The notes below the pieces were generated by a model. It was not told where the DNA came from. It was given only the letters and a program-made list of their open reading frames with translations, and did not search any database. The translations under genes and the position numbers were made by a program. DNA of 64,000 nt. Source: Camelus dromedarius. Its lineage: Eukaryota. This document shows positions 46,882 to 57,715 of the stretch, one piece after another; the first letter of the stretch is position 1; every line of letters begins with the position of its first letter. The stretch spans positions 13,268,001 to 13,332,000 of the forward strand of contig NC_087469.1 in assembly GCF_036321535.1 (NCBI RefSeq), in the 5' to 3' direction.

Positions 46882-47856
46882 TCACAGGGGTGGGCTGCCT
46901 GCTGGAGACTCTCTGGACCCTCGGCTCAGAAGTCTTCGCAGAGCCTGCTTCACCTCCTTGTTGCGCAGAGTGTAAATGAAAGGGTTGAGCATGGGCGTGA
47001 CTATCGTGTAGGAGACAGCAGGGGCCCCAGCTCCTGCCCCTGCCCCGCTGGAGCGAGGCTGCAGGTAGATACAGACGGGCGGCACGTAGTACAGGAGCAC
47101 CACTGTGAGGTGCGAGGTGCAAGTGGAGAAGGCGCGCTGCCGGCCCTCGGCTGTGCGGATGCGCAGCACCGCCGCCACGATGAAGATGTAGGATGTGACA
47201 ATGAGGATTAGGCAACCTGTAGCCACGATGCCAATGTTGACTAGCATGACAAGCTCATTAACCGTGGTGTCTGCACAGGCCAGCTTCAGCACAGGGGGGA
47301 TGTCACAGAAGAAGTAGGCGATGTGACGGGGCCCACAGTAGAGCAGGTGGAAGGTGAGGGAGGTATGGATGGCAGAGTGCACAGCACCTATGGCCCAGGT
47401 GATCCCAGCCAGCCCTGCACACATACGCCTGCTCATGGCCACTGGGTAGTGCAGGGGTTGACAGATAGCCAGGTAGCGGTCATAGGCCATGACTGTGTAC
47501 AGGAAGCACTCGGTGCTGGCCAGAAAGTGGAAGCAGTAAAGCTGTACAGCGCAGCCTCCAAAGGAGATCATCTTCCCATGCAGAGTCAGGAGGCCTGCCA
47601 TGACCTTGGGCACTGTCACTGTAGACAGACATGCATCCAGGAAGGAGAGGTGCCCCAGGAAGTGGTACATAGGGGAGCGGAGGCGAGGGTCAGAGCCCAC
47701 AGTTAAGAGAATGAGGAGATTCCCAGTCATGGTGCTGCTATAGAGGAGGAGGAAGAGGAGGAAGAAGAGGCTAGGATGTTCAGCTGTGTACATCAGACCC
47801 TCCAGGAAGAAGGAGTCCACCACAGTCTGGTTGGAGTCTTCTGTCTCCATGGCCAT
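46882..47856 (-). CDS. OR10S1: Olfactory receptor family 10 subfamily S member 1 (324 aa from the Met at 47856)
   Basis: Intact ORF matching recalled human OR10S1 (NQTVV..FFLEGL.YTA, PMYHFLGHLSFLDACLSTVTVPKVMAGLLTL, HIAYFFCDIPPVLKLAC, C-terminal RES.AGSPP). In-frame upstream ATGs exist at 47883 and 47931, so the start codon is uncertain. Confidence 0.95.
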   Translation of the reverse strand: MAMETEDSNQTVVDSFFLEGLMYTAEHPSLFFLLFLLLYSSTMTGNLLILLTVGSDPRLRSPMYHFLGHLSFLDACLSTVTVPKVMAGLLTLHGKMISFGGCAVQLYCFHFLASTECFLYTVMAYDRYLAICQPLHYPVAMSRRMCAGLAGITWAIGAVHSAIHTSLTFHLLYCGPRHIAYFFCDIPPVLKLACADTTVNELVMLVNIGIVATGCLILIVTSYIFIVAAVLRIRTAEGRQRAFSTCTSHLTVVLLYYVPPVCIYLQPRSSGAGAGAGAPAVSYTIVTPMLNPFIYTLRNKEVKQALRRLLSRGSRESPAGSPPL

Positions 47857-49780
47857 CTTCTCACACACAGAAGAAACTGACATCAACAGACGTAAACAGC
47901 CATCCTCCTTTCCTGAAATGTCGTTAGTCATTGGTCTATGTCATCTTGGTCTTGCCTCATAAATGAGAGAAAGATGTGCAAGTTCAATTCACTCCCTTGA
48001 CCTAGCCTAGTGTTATCTTGCTACCCTTTCAAAATAAGTCTTTCAGCATGAGATCCACAACCTGCAATTTGAGGCACATAAAGGACTATAAAAATTATTT
48101 GGAAAAATGTACTCTGCAAATAATAGCAATATAAATATGGATTATAAATCTTATTCTCATGGAGCACATATGTTTTGCAAATAATCCAGAATTGTGATGC
48201 CTCTGCTCTGCTAATTTATTCTGCCATACTTAAGATATGCATAGCCAGGTTCTTACTGCCTTGTGTCAGCAGGGAGTTGCATGTCATCTTCTGGGGAGAC
48301 CTGCCCAGGGTTTGGGTGTATTACATCAGCCAGGAACATAGCAGTCCTATCCATTCTTCACCCAGAGGGAGTTCTTTAGAATTTCAGGTCCCCACAACCA
48401 ACTCTCAAGTGTATGACTAATACAGCCTTAGAGACTTGACGGAATAATTATCAGGGCAAATTGTTCAGTACATTTCATGCTCTTCCTGTAAATCTTTATT
48501 TCAACCTTTTGGGAAATGTTTTCCTATTCCATTGTTGTTGAGCCTGAAATGAAATTTAAGAGTTTTCTTCAATTTTTTTCAATCCTTTTACTCTTAAACC
48601 TAATTATATGAAAATTTTGTTTAAACTGATCATTTCTGTTGTATCTTCAGTTCCCATAGATTTTACTTAACCCTGCCTCTGCATATTTATACCTAAATTT
48701 ACACAATGGTGTTTTATGTCTCAACTCTCATCCCAATCTCACTCACTTCTCTAACATATCAAATGTTTCTATATTCCATTTCTTTGTCAGTCTTCTTAAA
48801 ACAACATGTTTATCGCTCCCATTTATAGTTCCTCTCTGCCTAAGGCATAAATTGACTCTGTGATGTTCAAAATTATCTGCAAACTGTTTCCTTTATTATC
48901 AAGAAATCTTTATCTTCTGCAATCACCTGAAGAAACCCTTCTTATCTAGGGATGCTGTTTGCCTCGTCTCCTCAATTTGCCATAGTCTCCCCCACCCCAC
49001 CTCCCCCAGTCTTATCACAGCATTCCACTAACCTCTGCCTTCACAAATCTACTCTGTATGGTTAAGTTCGAGCATTAATTCCTCTAGATGCCCTTTATAA
49101 ATATTTCATCTCACACTGATTTATTCATTTCTGGCACATCTGATCTTTGTGACAATCATTAATAAATACCTCAGCATGTACTGCACCATTTTAGTGTTCC
49201 ATGTGCATATGTCACGTCTTCCTAAGAGGGACATAGGGATGATATGCTTCTCCAGTTTCTAATGAATGTTTTTGTGATAGAGCAGTAGAAATAGCAAGGA
49301 GCCAGGTTTATTTGGATGCTTATAAACTTAAGTTTAAATCTCTGGTCAGCCACTGTTAGTTGAAAGAGAACGATCATGCTGCTTAATTTCTCGGTTCTTC
49401 CATTCATCAAATTTAAAATGAGGATGTAATTATTTGTGGTGGTTATTTTTTTCCTTAGAATAGAGTAGGACACATGGCATATGGCCTTAAATTTCTTCAG
49501 ACTCATTAATTTATTCAATGCAATATTTCCTATGATGCTCTTGACAAAAAAACTATATAGTTCTGCTTAAACAAATTCAGTAATGGAGTAAGCCCTGTTT
49601 AACAGGAGACCCCATTCCAATGTTGGGTAGATCGATGTGTTACAGTGTCCAGTTGTTTATGTGTATATCTGATATTTCAGCCAATTAACATCAGATTTGC
49701 CCTCTTCATGCTCACTGGAATGGATGTGATTTTTTTTTTCAAAAAAGACAAAGAGTAACAGGAGTTATTGGTTGTGGAGA

Positions 49781-49914
49781 NNNNNNNNNNNNNNNNNNNN
49801 NNNNNNNNNNNNNNNNNNNNNNNNNNNNNNNNNNNNNNNNNNNNNNNNNNNNNNNNNNNNNNNNNNNNNNNNNNNNNNNNNNNNNNNNNNNNNNNNNNNN
49901 NNNNNNNNNNNNNN
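49781..49914. other. Assembly gap (134 N)
   Basis: Run of N. Confidence 1.
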
Positions 49915-50430
49915 CACAAGAGAAATGAGAACTGTCTATATAAACATAAATGTTTATAGCAGAATTATTCATAATAGCTAACGCCTAGAAACAATCATGT
50001 TTGTTGTTCATCAACTGATAAGTGGGTTAAAAAAAAGTATGTCTGTAAATGGATCATTCGGTAATAAAAAGGAACAAAATTCTAATGCTGTTTATAAAAT
50101 GGATAGAACTAAAAAACATGATGCTAAATGAAAGAAGCCAGACACAAAAGGTCATATTTTTATGCTTCCATTTTTATGAAATGTCCTGTTAAGACAAATA
50201 TATAAAGAGAGAAAGTAGATTAATGAATGCCTGGGACTGGGGTAAGACCAGCGAATGACTACAAATGGTCATGAGGGATCTTTCCGAAGGGTTGGAAATA
50301 CTCTAAAATTGGATTATGGTAATAGTTGCACAACTTTGTAAATTTAAAATCTTACAGTCATTGAATTTTACGCTTAAACAGTTGAATATTATGGTATACA
50401 AAGCATACCTCAGTGAGCTATTAAAAAAGG
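49915..50430 (+). mobile_element. Ancient L1M 3' end
   Basis: ATGTTTATAGCAGAATTATTCATAATAGC, ATGCTAAATGAAAGAAGCCAGACACAAAAG, GGTAATAGTTGCACAACTTTGTAA. Confidence 0.7.
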
Positions 50431-50544
50431 AAGAAGGAAGTCAAAAGAAGGAAGGTCTGCCAAGTGATGCAAAACATGATTTAAATAAATGGAAACATTG
50501 TTTGATTAAGGATGAGTATAAAAAAATTTAAATTCCTTCTAATT

Positions 50545-53000
50545 TAAAAAACTTTTTATTTTGAAATGTTAAATTTATAGAAAATTTAAAAAGAATAGCA
50601 TTCACAAATATTTTGAGCCAACTTCTCCTAAAGTTGGCAAGTTGTAAGCTATAGTAAAATTATAAAAGTCAGGAAATTAGCATTAGTACCATACTATAAA
50701 CTCACCTACAGACCACATTCAAATTTTACCAGTTTTTCCCCCAGTATCCTTTTTCTTTCCCAGGAACTGACACAAGATCTTAATCTTGACCAATCTGTGA
50801 CAGTCCCTCATTCTTTCCTTGTAGTTAATAACTTTTACTCTTTTGATGAATACTGGTCAATTATTTTATAGAACGTATCTCAATTTGGGTATGTATGATG
50901 CTTTCTCATGAGAAGACTGACATTATGCATTTTTGGCAATAATACTACAAAAGTGATGTTGTGTCCCTTTCTGTATATGTATCATTTCAGGGTATATATG
51001 ATGTCAATATGTCTTCTTATTTATGTTAAATGTCCTGGGGGAGATACTTTGCGACTATGCTTATCTTCTGTATCTCCTCAAACTTTCAAGCACTAAATTT
51101 TAGAATCATCCATGTGTTTTGCCTGGAAACATTACTTTGTTGTTTGTCTAATGGTGATTTAAAAAAAAATCCCTCAGTCCTCTATATTATTGATTGGTAT
51201 TCTTCTGTAAGGAAGAATGGTTTATTTTTCTCACTTATTTATTTATTCAGTTATCTTTATTAGCAGGGATTCATGGATATGCATTTTATTTTCTGATTAA
51301 ATATAATGCAGTATAATAATTATTTTGTTATTCAAGTTGTACAATTTTGGCCATTTGGAACTCCCTTCAGTTTGTCCTCTGTATTTTATTGACACGCTTC
51401 ATCTTTTTCATACACGTTCTCATTTCTTGGCACAACAGAGTGTTCCAGGCTCCTGTTGTCTTTTTCCTTTCCCAGCCCTGGGCTCCAGGACTTCTCTCAG
51501 GAGCCCTTTGATTGGAGAATTGTAGTTAGAAACCAAGATCTCATTTCTAAGTACATTGCTCATCGCTACTAAAGTGTCTCTACTTCTAGAACCTCTCAAC
51601 AAATAGGAAATATATGTATGAATACTAACCCATCTGTGTTTATTTCTGTGTCTATCAGCACAAATTGTAAAGGCCATTCATTTATAATGATACTTCTAAA
51701 ATTCCAATCCAATTTCCAACACACTTCTGCACTCTTTATTTGTAATTTCTTTCTCTGACAATGAGAAACCCACTTCTCATTACCTAAATTTAGCCACTTA
51801 CATACTCAATTATTTTCTTTGGTTGCTTTGATTGTGAGTCAGAATTCAAAAGTATTCCCCTATACGATGGTTAAGAAGTAATTCACTCGTGTTTTCTTTT
51901 ACTACTTTATGGTTTCATATTTTACATTTAGATTCCAGATATTTGCAGTTTATTCCTTGCTAAGGTGGGTGAGAGATGGACCTAATTTTATATATATATA
52001 TATTTTCCCCAAATGGCTACCTAGTTATCCCAGCACCATTTGCTAGGAAGTCCATCTTTATCACAGAGATTAAGATGCCAGAATTATTATATAATAGATT
52101 TCCATTAGTACTTGGATCTATTTCTTGACTTCTATTCTAGTCTGTGTATCTATTGGTCCATTCAAGTGTCAGTACCATATTGTTTTAAGTATAGAGGTTT
52201 TATCATATGTTTTAGTGCCTGGCAGTTTTAGCCCCTGTGCTCACTTTCTTTTCTAGTGTCTTATTGTACATTCTTACATGTTTGTGTTTCCGTATGAACT
52301 TGTCAGACTCCATAAGTGACTTATTTTTATTGAGATTGTGTCATATTTATAAATTAATTTAGGGAGAACTGTCATCTCTATAATTCCAAGTCATGTTATC
52401 CAATGACAGAGAATGTTTACAGTTGTTCATGTATACTTTTTCAGGAAGGTATTAAAATTTTCCTCATAAAGGTTTTGTTCGTATTACGTTTATTTTTACA
52501 TATTGAATCTTCTTTATTTCTTTTGTGAGTGGAATTTTCTCTGCTAACGTATTTTCTAACACTTTATTGTTTTTGTATATGGAGACTTTGATTTCTAAAT
52601 ATTAAATCTTGTTTTATTACTGGATTTTTAAATTGTTCGAGTTGGTTTTACTATTGATTGGGATTTTCCAGGTATACTATCATATTGGTTGCATATGGAG
52701 ACGGTTCTAGTTTTTCTGTACCCATTCTTATTCCTCTAATATTCCCTATTTATATCTCTTGCCTAAGTGTATTAGCTAACACTTCTAATATAATGTTAAA
52801 TATTAGCAGAGCGAGTGTGCAACCTTGCTTTGTTCCTGTTTTTATTGGAAATGCCTCTAGTGTTTTCCAATTAAATAAGGAACTGCCTGCGTTTCTTATT
52901 TTATATATATAATATTATTATACATTATCAGGTTAAGTATTTTTCATGTTTCTCATGTCCTATTTTCTTGAATACTTTGATCTTTAAAGATTGTAGGATT
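50545..53000 (-). mobile_element. Ancient antisense L1MC/MD fragments (3'UTR and ORF2)
   Basis: Reverse-complement L1 text, for example TTATCCCAGCACCATTTGCT, CTATTCTAGTCTGTG...CAGTACCATATTGTTTTAA, TTTATTGAGATTGTGTCATATTTATAAATTAATTTAGGGAGAA, GGATTTTCCAGGTATAC. Confidence 0.65.
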
Positions 53001-55802
53001 TTATTATTGCCTGCTTTTTTTCCTTTACAAAATCCTCAGTAGAGAAATTGGTCAGATGGTGTAAGTACTACTATCCTATCCAAACAAACATGTTGTCTCT
53101 AAGAGAGCTTGGGAAATCCAACTCTTATTGAAGGTCTTGCAAAACTTGATTTGTTGTAGACTTTTACTATTGCTCCTTTTTTTTTTTTTTTTTTTAAGAT
53201 TTCTTAGCTATGCAGATGGAGATGGACAATACCCTATATCTGGGAGGCATAGAAAATTTTGCCAAACTCTCCTATTAACTCTTGTCTGTTGTTTGCATTT
53301 CATTATATTGGTGGGAACACAGTAGTCTTATCACACATCCAGAGTGAGCTTTTTGGAGTCTGAGTTCCACAAATTCTTCCAAAGCTTGGGATTGTGTGTT
53401 CACTGAATAATCAGAAAGACAATTTCAATGGTTTATAGTGTGCTCTTCTTTGGATTTTGTCTCTTTAAATTTCTAGGAATAGTCTACCCACACACCCTTT
53501 TTAGTCTCTTCAATGGGTCAAGTTAAATACCAGAGTACTATTTGAGTTTTTTCTTTTTCTTTTAAATCTAATTTGCCTTTAGTCCTAAAATGTATCTCCT
53601 ATCTGTATCTTCATTTTAATTTTTCTTATGTTTTTAATTACTATTTTAATTAATTTTTAATTACTATTACTAATATTTTTAGTTACTGTTTTCAGTATTG
53701 GAGAAATGTTCAGGCTAACTACTTTCCTCTTCTGCTTTAGTTTTTCTCATTCTCAAGGCTGGGTAACCTAAAAACAAACTTGAAAACAAAATATCCTCTT
53801 AAGAGGTAAAGTTGCATTAAAAATATTACTCCATGCAGTTCTTTTTAGTGAAGGGTTCAAGTTCTGGACTCAGTCAGCTCTGCTGCTGCTTTAACTGTGG
53901 ATAGAGGATAAAGTAAAATTTGTTGCTTGCTATTTTTAGGGGTAGGCTTCTTAATTTAAAATGATGAGATATATTTTAATTTCTCTATTTAAAGTTAAAC
54001 AACAAGTTAAGTTTTTTTTATGTAACCCTTCATTTTTGTGCATGATATGTCATTGGCCTTGATGAGAAAAGAGGTCCCCATATTTGCTTTAATCTGACTT
54101 CCAGGTCTCTGTTCTGACCCAGGAGGCTTATTAACTGAGTTCTGCTTCCTTTTGTGCCATGGGATGTTTAGGTGTCCATGGGGAACTGCAGTTTTTTATG
54201 TTTGTCAAATAGGGCTTGTAACTGCCTCTCCCTAGACCCAGGGCTGCTCTGACTGAGATAGCTAATTAGACGTCTCTAGAGCATTCTCCTAGGATTATCC
54301 TCAGGGTTTATATTGTTTCTATCACATGAAAAATTCTGTCTACTCCTTTCTTCTCACTGACTAGGTTTTACAAGATCTTCAAACCATAGATCATTCTGTA
54401 CTTTCCAGAATCCAGGTCTAATGATCTTTATGTTTTCTTCCTGAAAGACTGCAATACTTATTGTACACTGAATTACACCAGTTGCTTCTTACTCATTTTC
54501 TAGTCATATATTTTATCTATATGTCATATATAAATGCATTTTCTTCTCACAAGATTATAAACTCATTTAGCACAGACAACGTTACAGTTTTGAAGTTAAT
54601 ACCGAGTACATTTTTGTTGATTTGAATTGGGTTGCCTTTTCACACATATTTTGATGCTCAACCTTGCATCTCTGCCGTTACAGCAGATGGCAAGAAAAGT
54701 TACTGGCCACACGCATTTTGGCTCAGAAAGTTTCTGGTCCACAGATATCAGTTCTTCGTTATGCCCATTTTTTAACAATTGGAATTGATTTTGGAGAATA
54801 TAACCATACTTCTTGGGCTATATTCACCCATGTACATTTGAAACAACAAAATTACTTGTAGCCCCCTGTATCCCATAACGTGGGAGTGAAGGGCCCCCAA
54901 TTGGACCCTGGCGACATTATCACAAAAAAGTCCAATAGAACAGGCTTCAGGTCATCTTCTTGCAACCAGGTACATGTCCCATCCCATTCTTCTCATTCAT
55001 GCTCAACAGTTGTGGGGAAACGCCAGAATGTTGTAGCACAGATATTATTCTATAATTTCATATGATCTGTTTAATTAATATCCATAAAAGTAGCAGAGAG
55101 ACCTGGTCTGTGTGGAGCAAGGAAACTTCTCCTTGACACACGCACTTCAGTTTTACCAAAGTGGAGTCCTGTGCAAACTCAGAAGGCCAGCACCACTCCA
55201 GTCATGATGCAGTGCACGTAGAATGAATAGCTGCCTGATCTTATGAAATTACCCTATCAAGTTCAAGTTCATCTACCACTTTTTTACCAAAGTGAAAAGC
55301 AGAGGGTAAGGAGTGTGGGAAAGCCTCTTACTCCTTTGAACTTCAGTTTTCCCACAATTGCATGGGAATAATAAAATCTACCTCACCTAATTGTTGTCAA
55401 GGTCAAATCACATGGTTTGCATGAAGGTTGTTGGTAAACTGTAAAAAGCTATATGGGTGTTAACTCAGGGATTAGAAGCAATGATATACATGTAGATGGG
55501 TGCCACAGAGAGCATTTTTATGTGGACATTTTACTTATCTTAGATTTTTTGTGCAAGGTGCCATCCTTGTTGAGTTGTTTTGATTGATTTCCATTGGTAT
55601 GGAAGGAAGAAACATGGAAAATCATGTTTGAAAGTAGGTTACAATGTGGAACTTAACGAGGTTTCCACCTCTGTACCTAGGAGTCTTCTACTTTCTGCAT
55701 GAATCCTTTTTCTGTCTTAAATCTCCCCAATTCTCTAGTGTCCCAGCTTCTGCCCTGCATTTTAGTATCTCTTGCATGTCTGCCATGCATGAATCAGAGA
55801 GG

Positions 55803-56729
55803 CTACACATCCTTGTGACCCCCCATCCTCCATAATGCTGCCTTCATCTCTTTGTTGCGAAGTGTGTAAATGATGGGGTTAAGCAGGGGAGTGATGACGG
55901 TGTAGAAGACAGCTACCACTCCATCCAGGGGTTCCTGTGAGCCAGGACACAGGTAAATGAAGGTGCAGGGCACGTAGTAAACAATGACAACAGTGAGGTG
56001 GGCGGCACAGGTGGAGAAGGCATTGCGGCGCCCATCGGTGGACCTGATTCGCAGGATGGCAGCCACTATGTAACCGTAGGAAGTGAGGATAAGCACAAAG
56101 CAGGTGAGGGCCAAGAATCCAATGTCCACAAAGGTGACCAACTCGTTGATGGTGGTGTCAGCACAGGCTAGACGCAGCATGGCAGGAATGTCACAGAAGA
56201 AGTAGTCTACCCGGTTTGGACCACAGAAGGGCAGCCGGAATATGAAGCTTGTTTGGAAAAGTGAGTGAATGGTGCCTCCCAGCCAGGTACCCATAGCTAG
56301 GTAGTTACAGACACTGTGGGTCATGATGGTGGCATAATGTAAAGGCTTACAAATGGCCAGGAAACGATCATAGGCCATGAGTGTGTAAAGGAAGCATTCA
56401 GTGCAGCCCAGGAAATGGAAAGAAAAAAGCTGGATAACACAGCCCCCAAAGGAGATAATCCGACTATCCAAGAGGAAGCCAGCTAGCATCTTGGGGACAA
56501 TGGCAGAGGAAATGGTCATGTCCAAGCAGGAGAGGTGACACAGGAACCAGTACATGGGGCGGTGGAGCTGGGTGTCCGCCAAGACCGTGAGGGTGATGAG
56601 CCCATTCCCAGAGACAGTGAGGGCGTAGATGACGAGGAAGGCTAGGAAGAGGGGCGCCCCCAGCTGTGGCGGGTGGTGCAGGCCCACTAAAAAGAAGTGA
56701 GACACAGAAGTCTGGTTTCCACTTTGCAT
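55803..56729 (-). CDS. OR10G6: Olfactory receptor family 10 subfamily G member 6 (308 aa, intact)
   Basis: Matches recalled human OR10G6 (QSGNQTSVSHF.LVGLHHPPQLGAPLFLAFLVIY, MAYDRFLAICKPLHY, DGRRNAFSTCAAHL, SQEPLDGVVAVFYT). The ORF-track start at 56780 is TTG; the ATG is at 56729. Confidence 0.95.
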   Translation of the reverse strand: MQSGNQTSVSHFFLVGLHHPPQLGAPLFLAFLVIYALTVSGNGLITLTVLADTQLHRPMYWFLCHLSCLDMTISSAIVPKMLAGFLLDSRIISFGGCVIQLFSFHFLGCTECFLYTLMAYDRFLAICKPLHYATIMTHSVCNYLAMGTWLGGTIHSLFQTSFIFRLPFCGPNRVDYFFCDIPAMLRLACADTTINELVTFVDIGFLALTCFVLILTSYGYIVAAILRIRSTDGRRNAFSTCAAHLTVVIVYYVPCTFIYLCPGSQEPLDGVVAVFYTVITPLLNPIIYTLRNKEMKAALWRMGGHKDV

Positions 56730-57489
56730 TTCCTTGCTGTTCAAATCTGCCCCAAAAAGTTGCAGAAGGGAAAATATCAATGCCCTTTAAATTCTGTAGG
56801 CATGGATTATATGTTCTATGTCATTCCCAAACACGGACAGAAAAGGATATCAGAAAGGGAGATCTTGTTCTTGCTCTAACTGTTGTTCTTAATCATTCTT
56901 TCCCCCTCTGCTTCCCCCGACTCCTGATTCTGCGATTCTGCTTGGCTCCAGAGACCAACCATTCTCTCTAAGGTTAAAACCGATGTAACAGATTATGTGT
57001 ATATAATTCAGGAGAGTGAAGGAAAGACCATACACAGAGATTTTCATGTCAGAAAGAAGAACAATCACATAAAACCTAAACCAGTCTATGAAGAACAGGT
57101 TGTTCTGTTGTTTTCATTCAGTTTGATCTTTGGTCTATGTAGCAGAGAGGTAGGCTGCAGTGTATTTACTAGAATTTGAGAGTTGGTATTATATTTCTTA
57201 GTGTAAATATACTAAATAAAAATCTGTGTAGATTTTAAAAAATGCACTATATGGGCTACACACCAAACAAAATATTCAGAATCTTTGAAATTATACTAGA
57301 AATGTCTGCTTTCATAAATTCTATTTCAAAAATGCACATTAATTTTAAATCCTTCAGATTAATGAAGCAGTACAAAATCTCAGCCCCAGGGAACCTGTTG
57401 TCATCTTTTCTCTTGCTCCTGGATAAGGGCAGTCCATTTGTCTGTCCATCCATCCATCCATCCAACTGTCCATATTTCCATTCAGTAAG

Positions 57490-57715
57490 GTAGCATATAT
57501 TATATCTTAAGAGCATAGCCTGTGAAATCAGACCTGGTTTTAAAATCCTAGCCTTTTCACTTTCACTCATTGGTAATCTTGGAAAAGCCATTTCACCCTT
57601 CTTTACCTATTTCTCTAAGTTGGGACAATCATATGGTCTACTTTATAGAGTTGTTGTAAGGATTATATAAATGCACGTAATTCACGGTAGCACTCAATAA
57701 TATTAGCTATTATTT
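57490..57715 (+). mobile_element. MIR SINE relic
   Basis: AAGAGCATAGCCTGTGAAATCAGACCTGGTTTTAAAATCCTAGC...GAGTTGTTGTAAGGATTA...GTAGCACTCAATAATATTAGCTATTATT. Confidence 0.6.

Noticed and set aside
47857-47931. N-terminal extensions given by the ORF track for OR10S1 and other ORs
   Set aside because: For OR6M1, the OR6M paralogue and OR10G6 the track starts are GTG or TTG. For OR10S1 the extra ATGs lie upstream of the conserved Met and N-glycosylation site and may be intronic.
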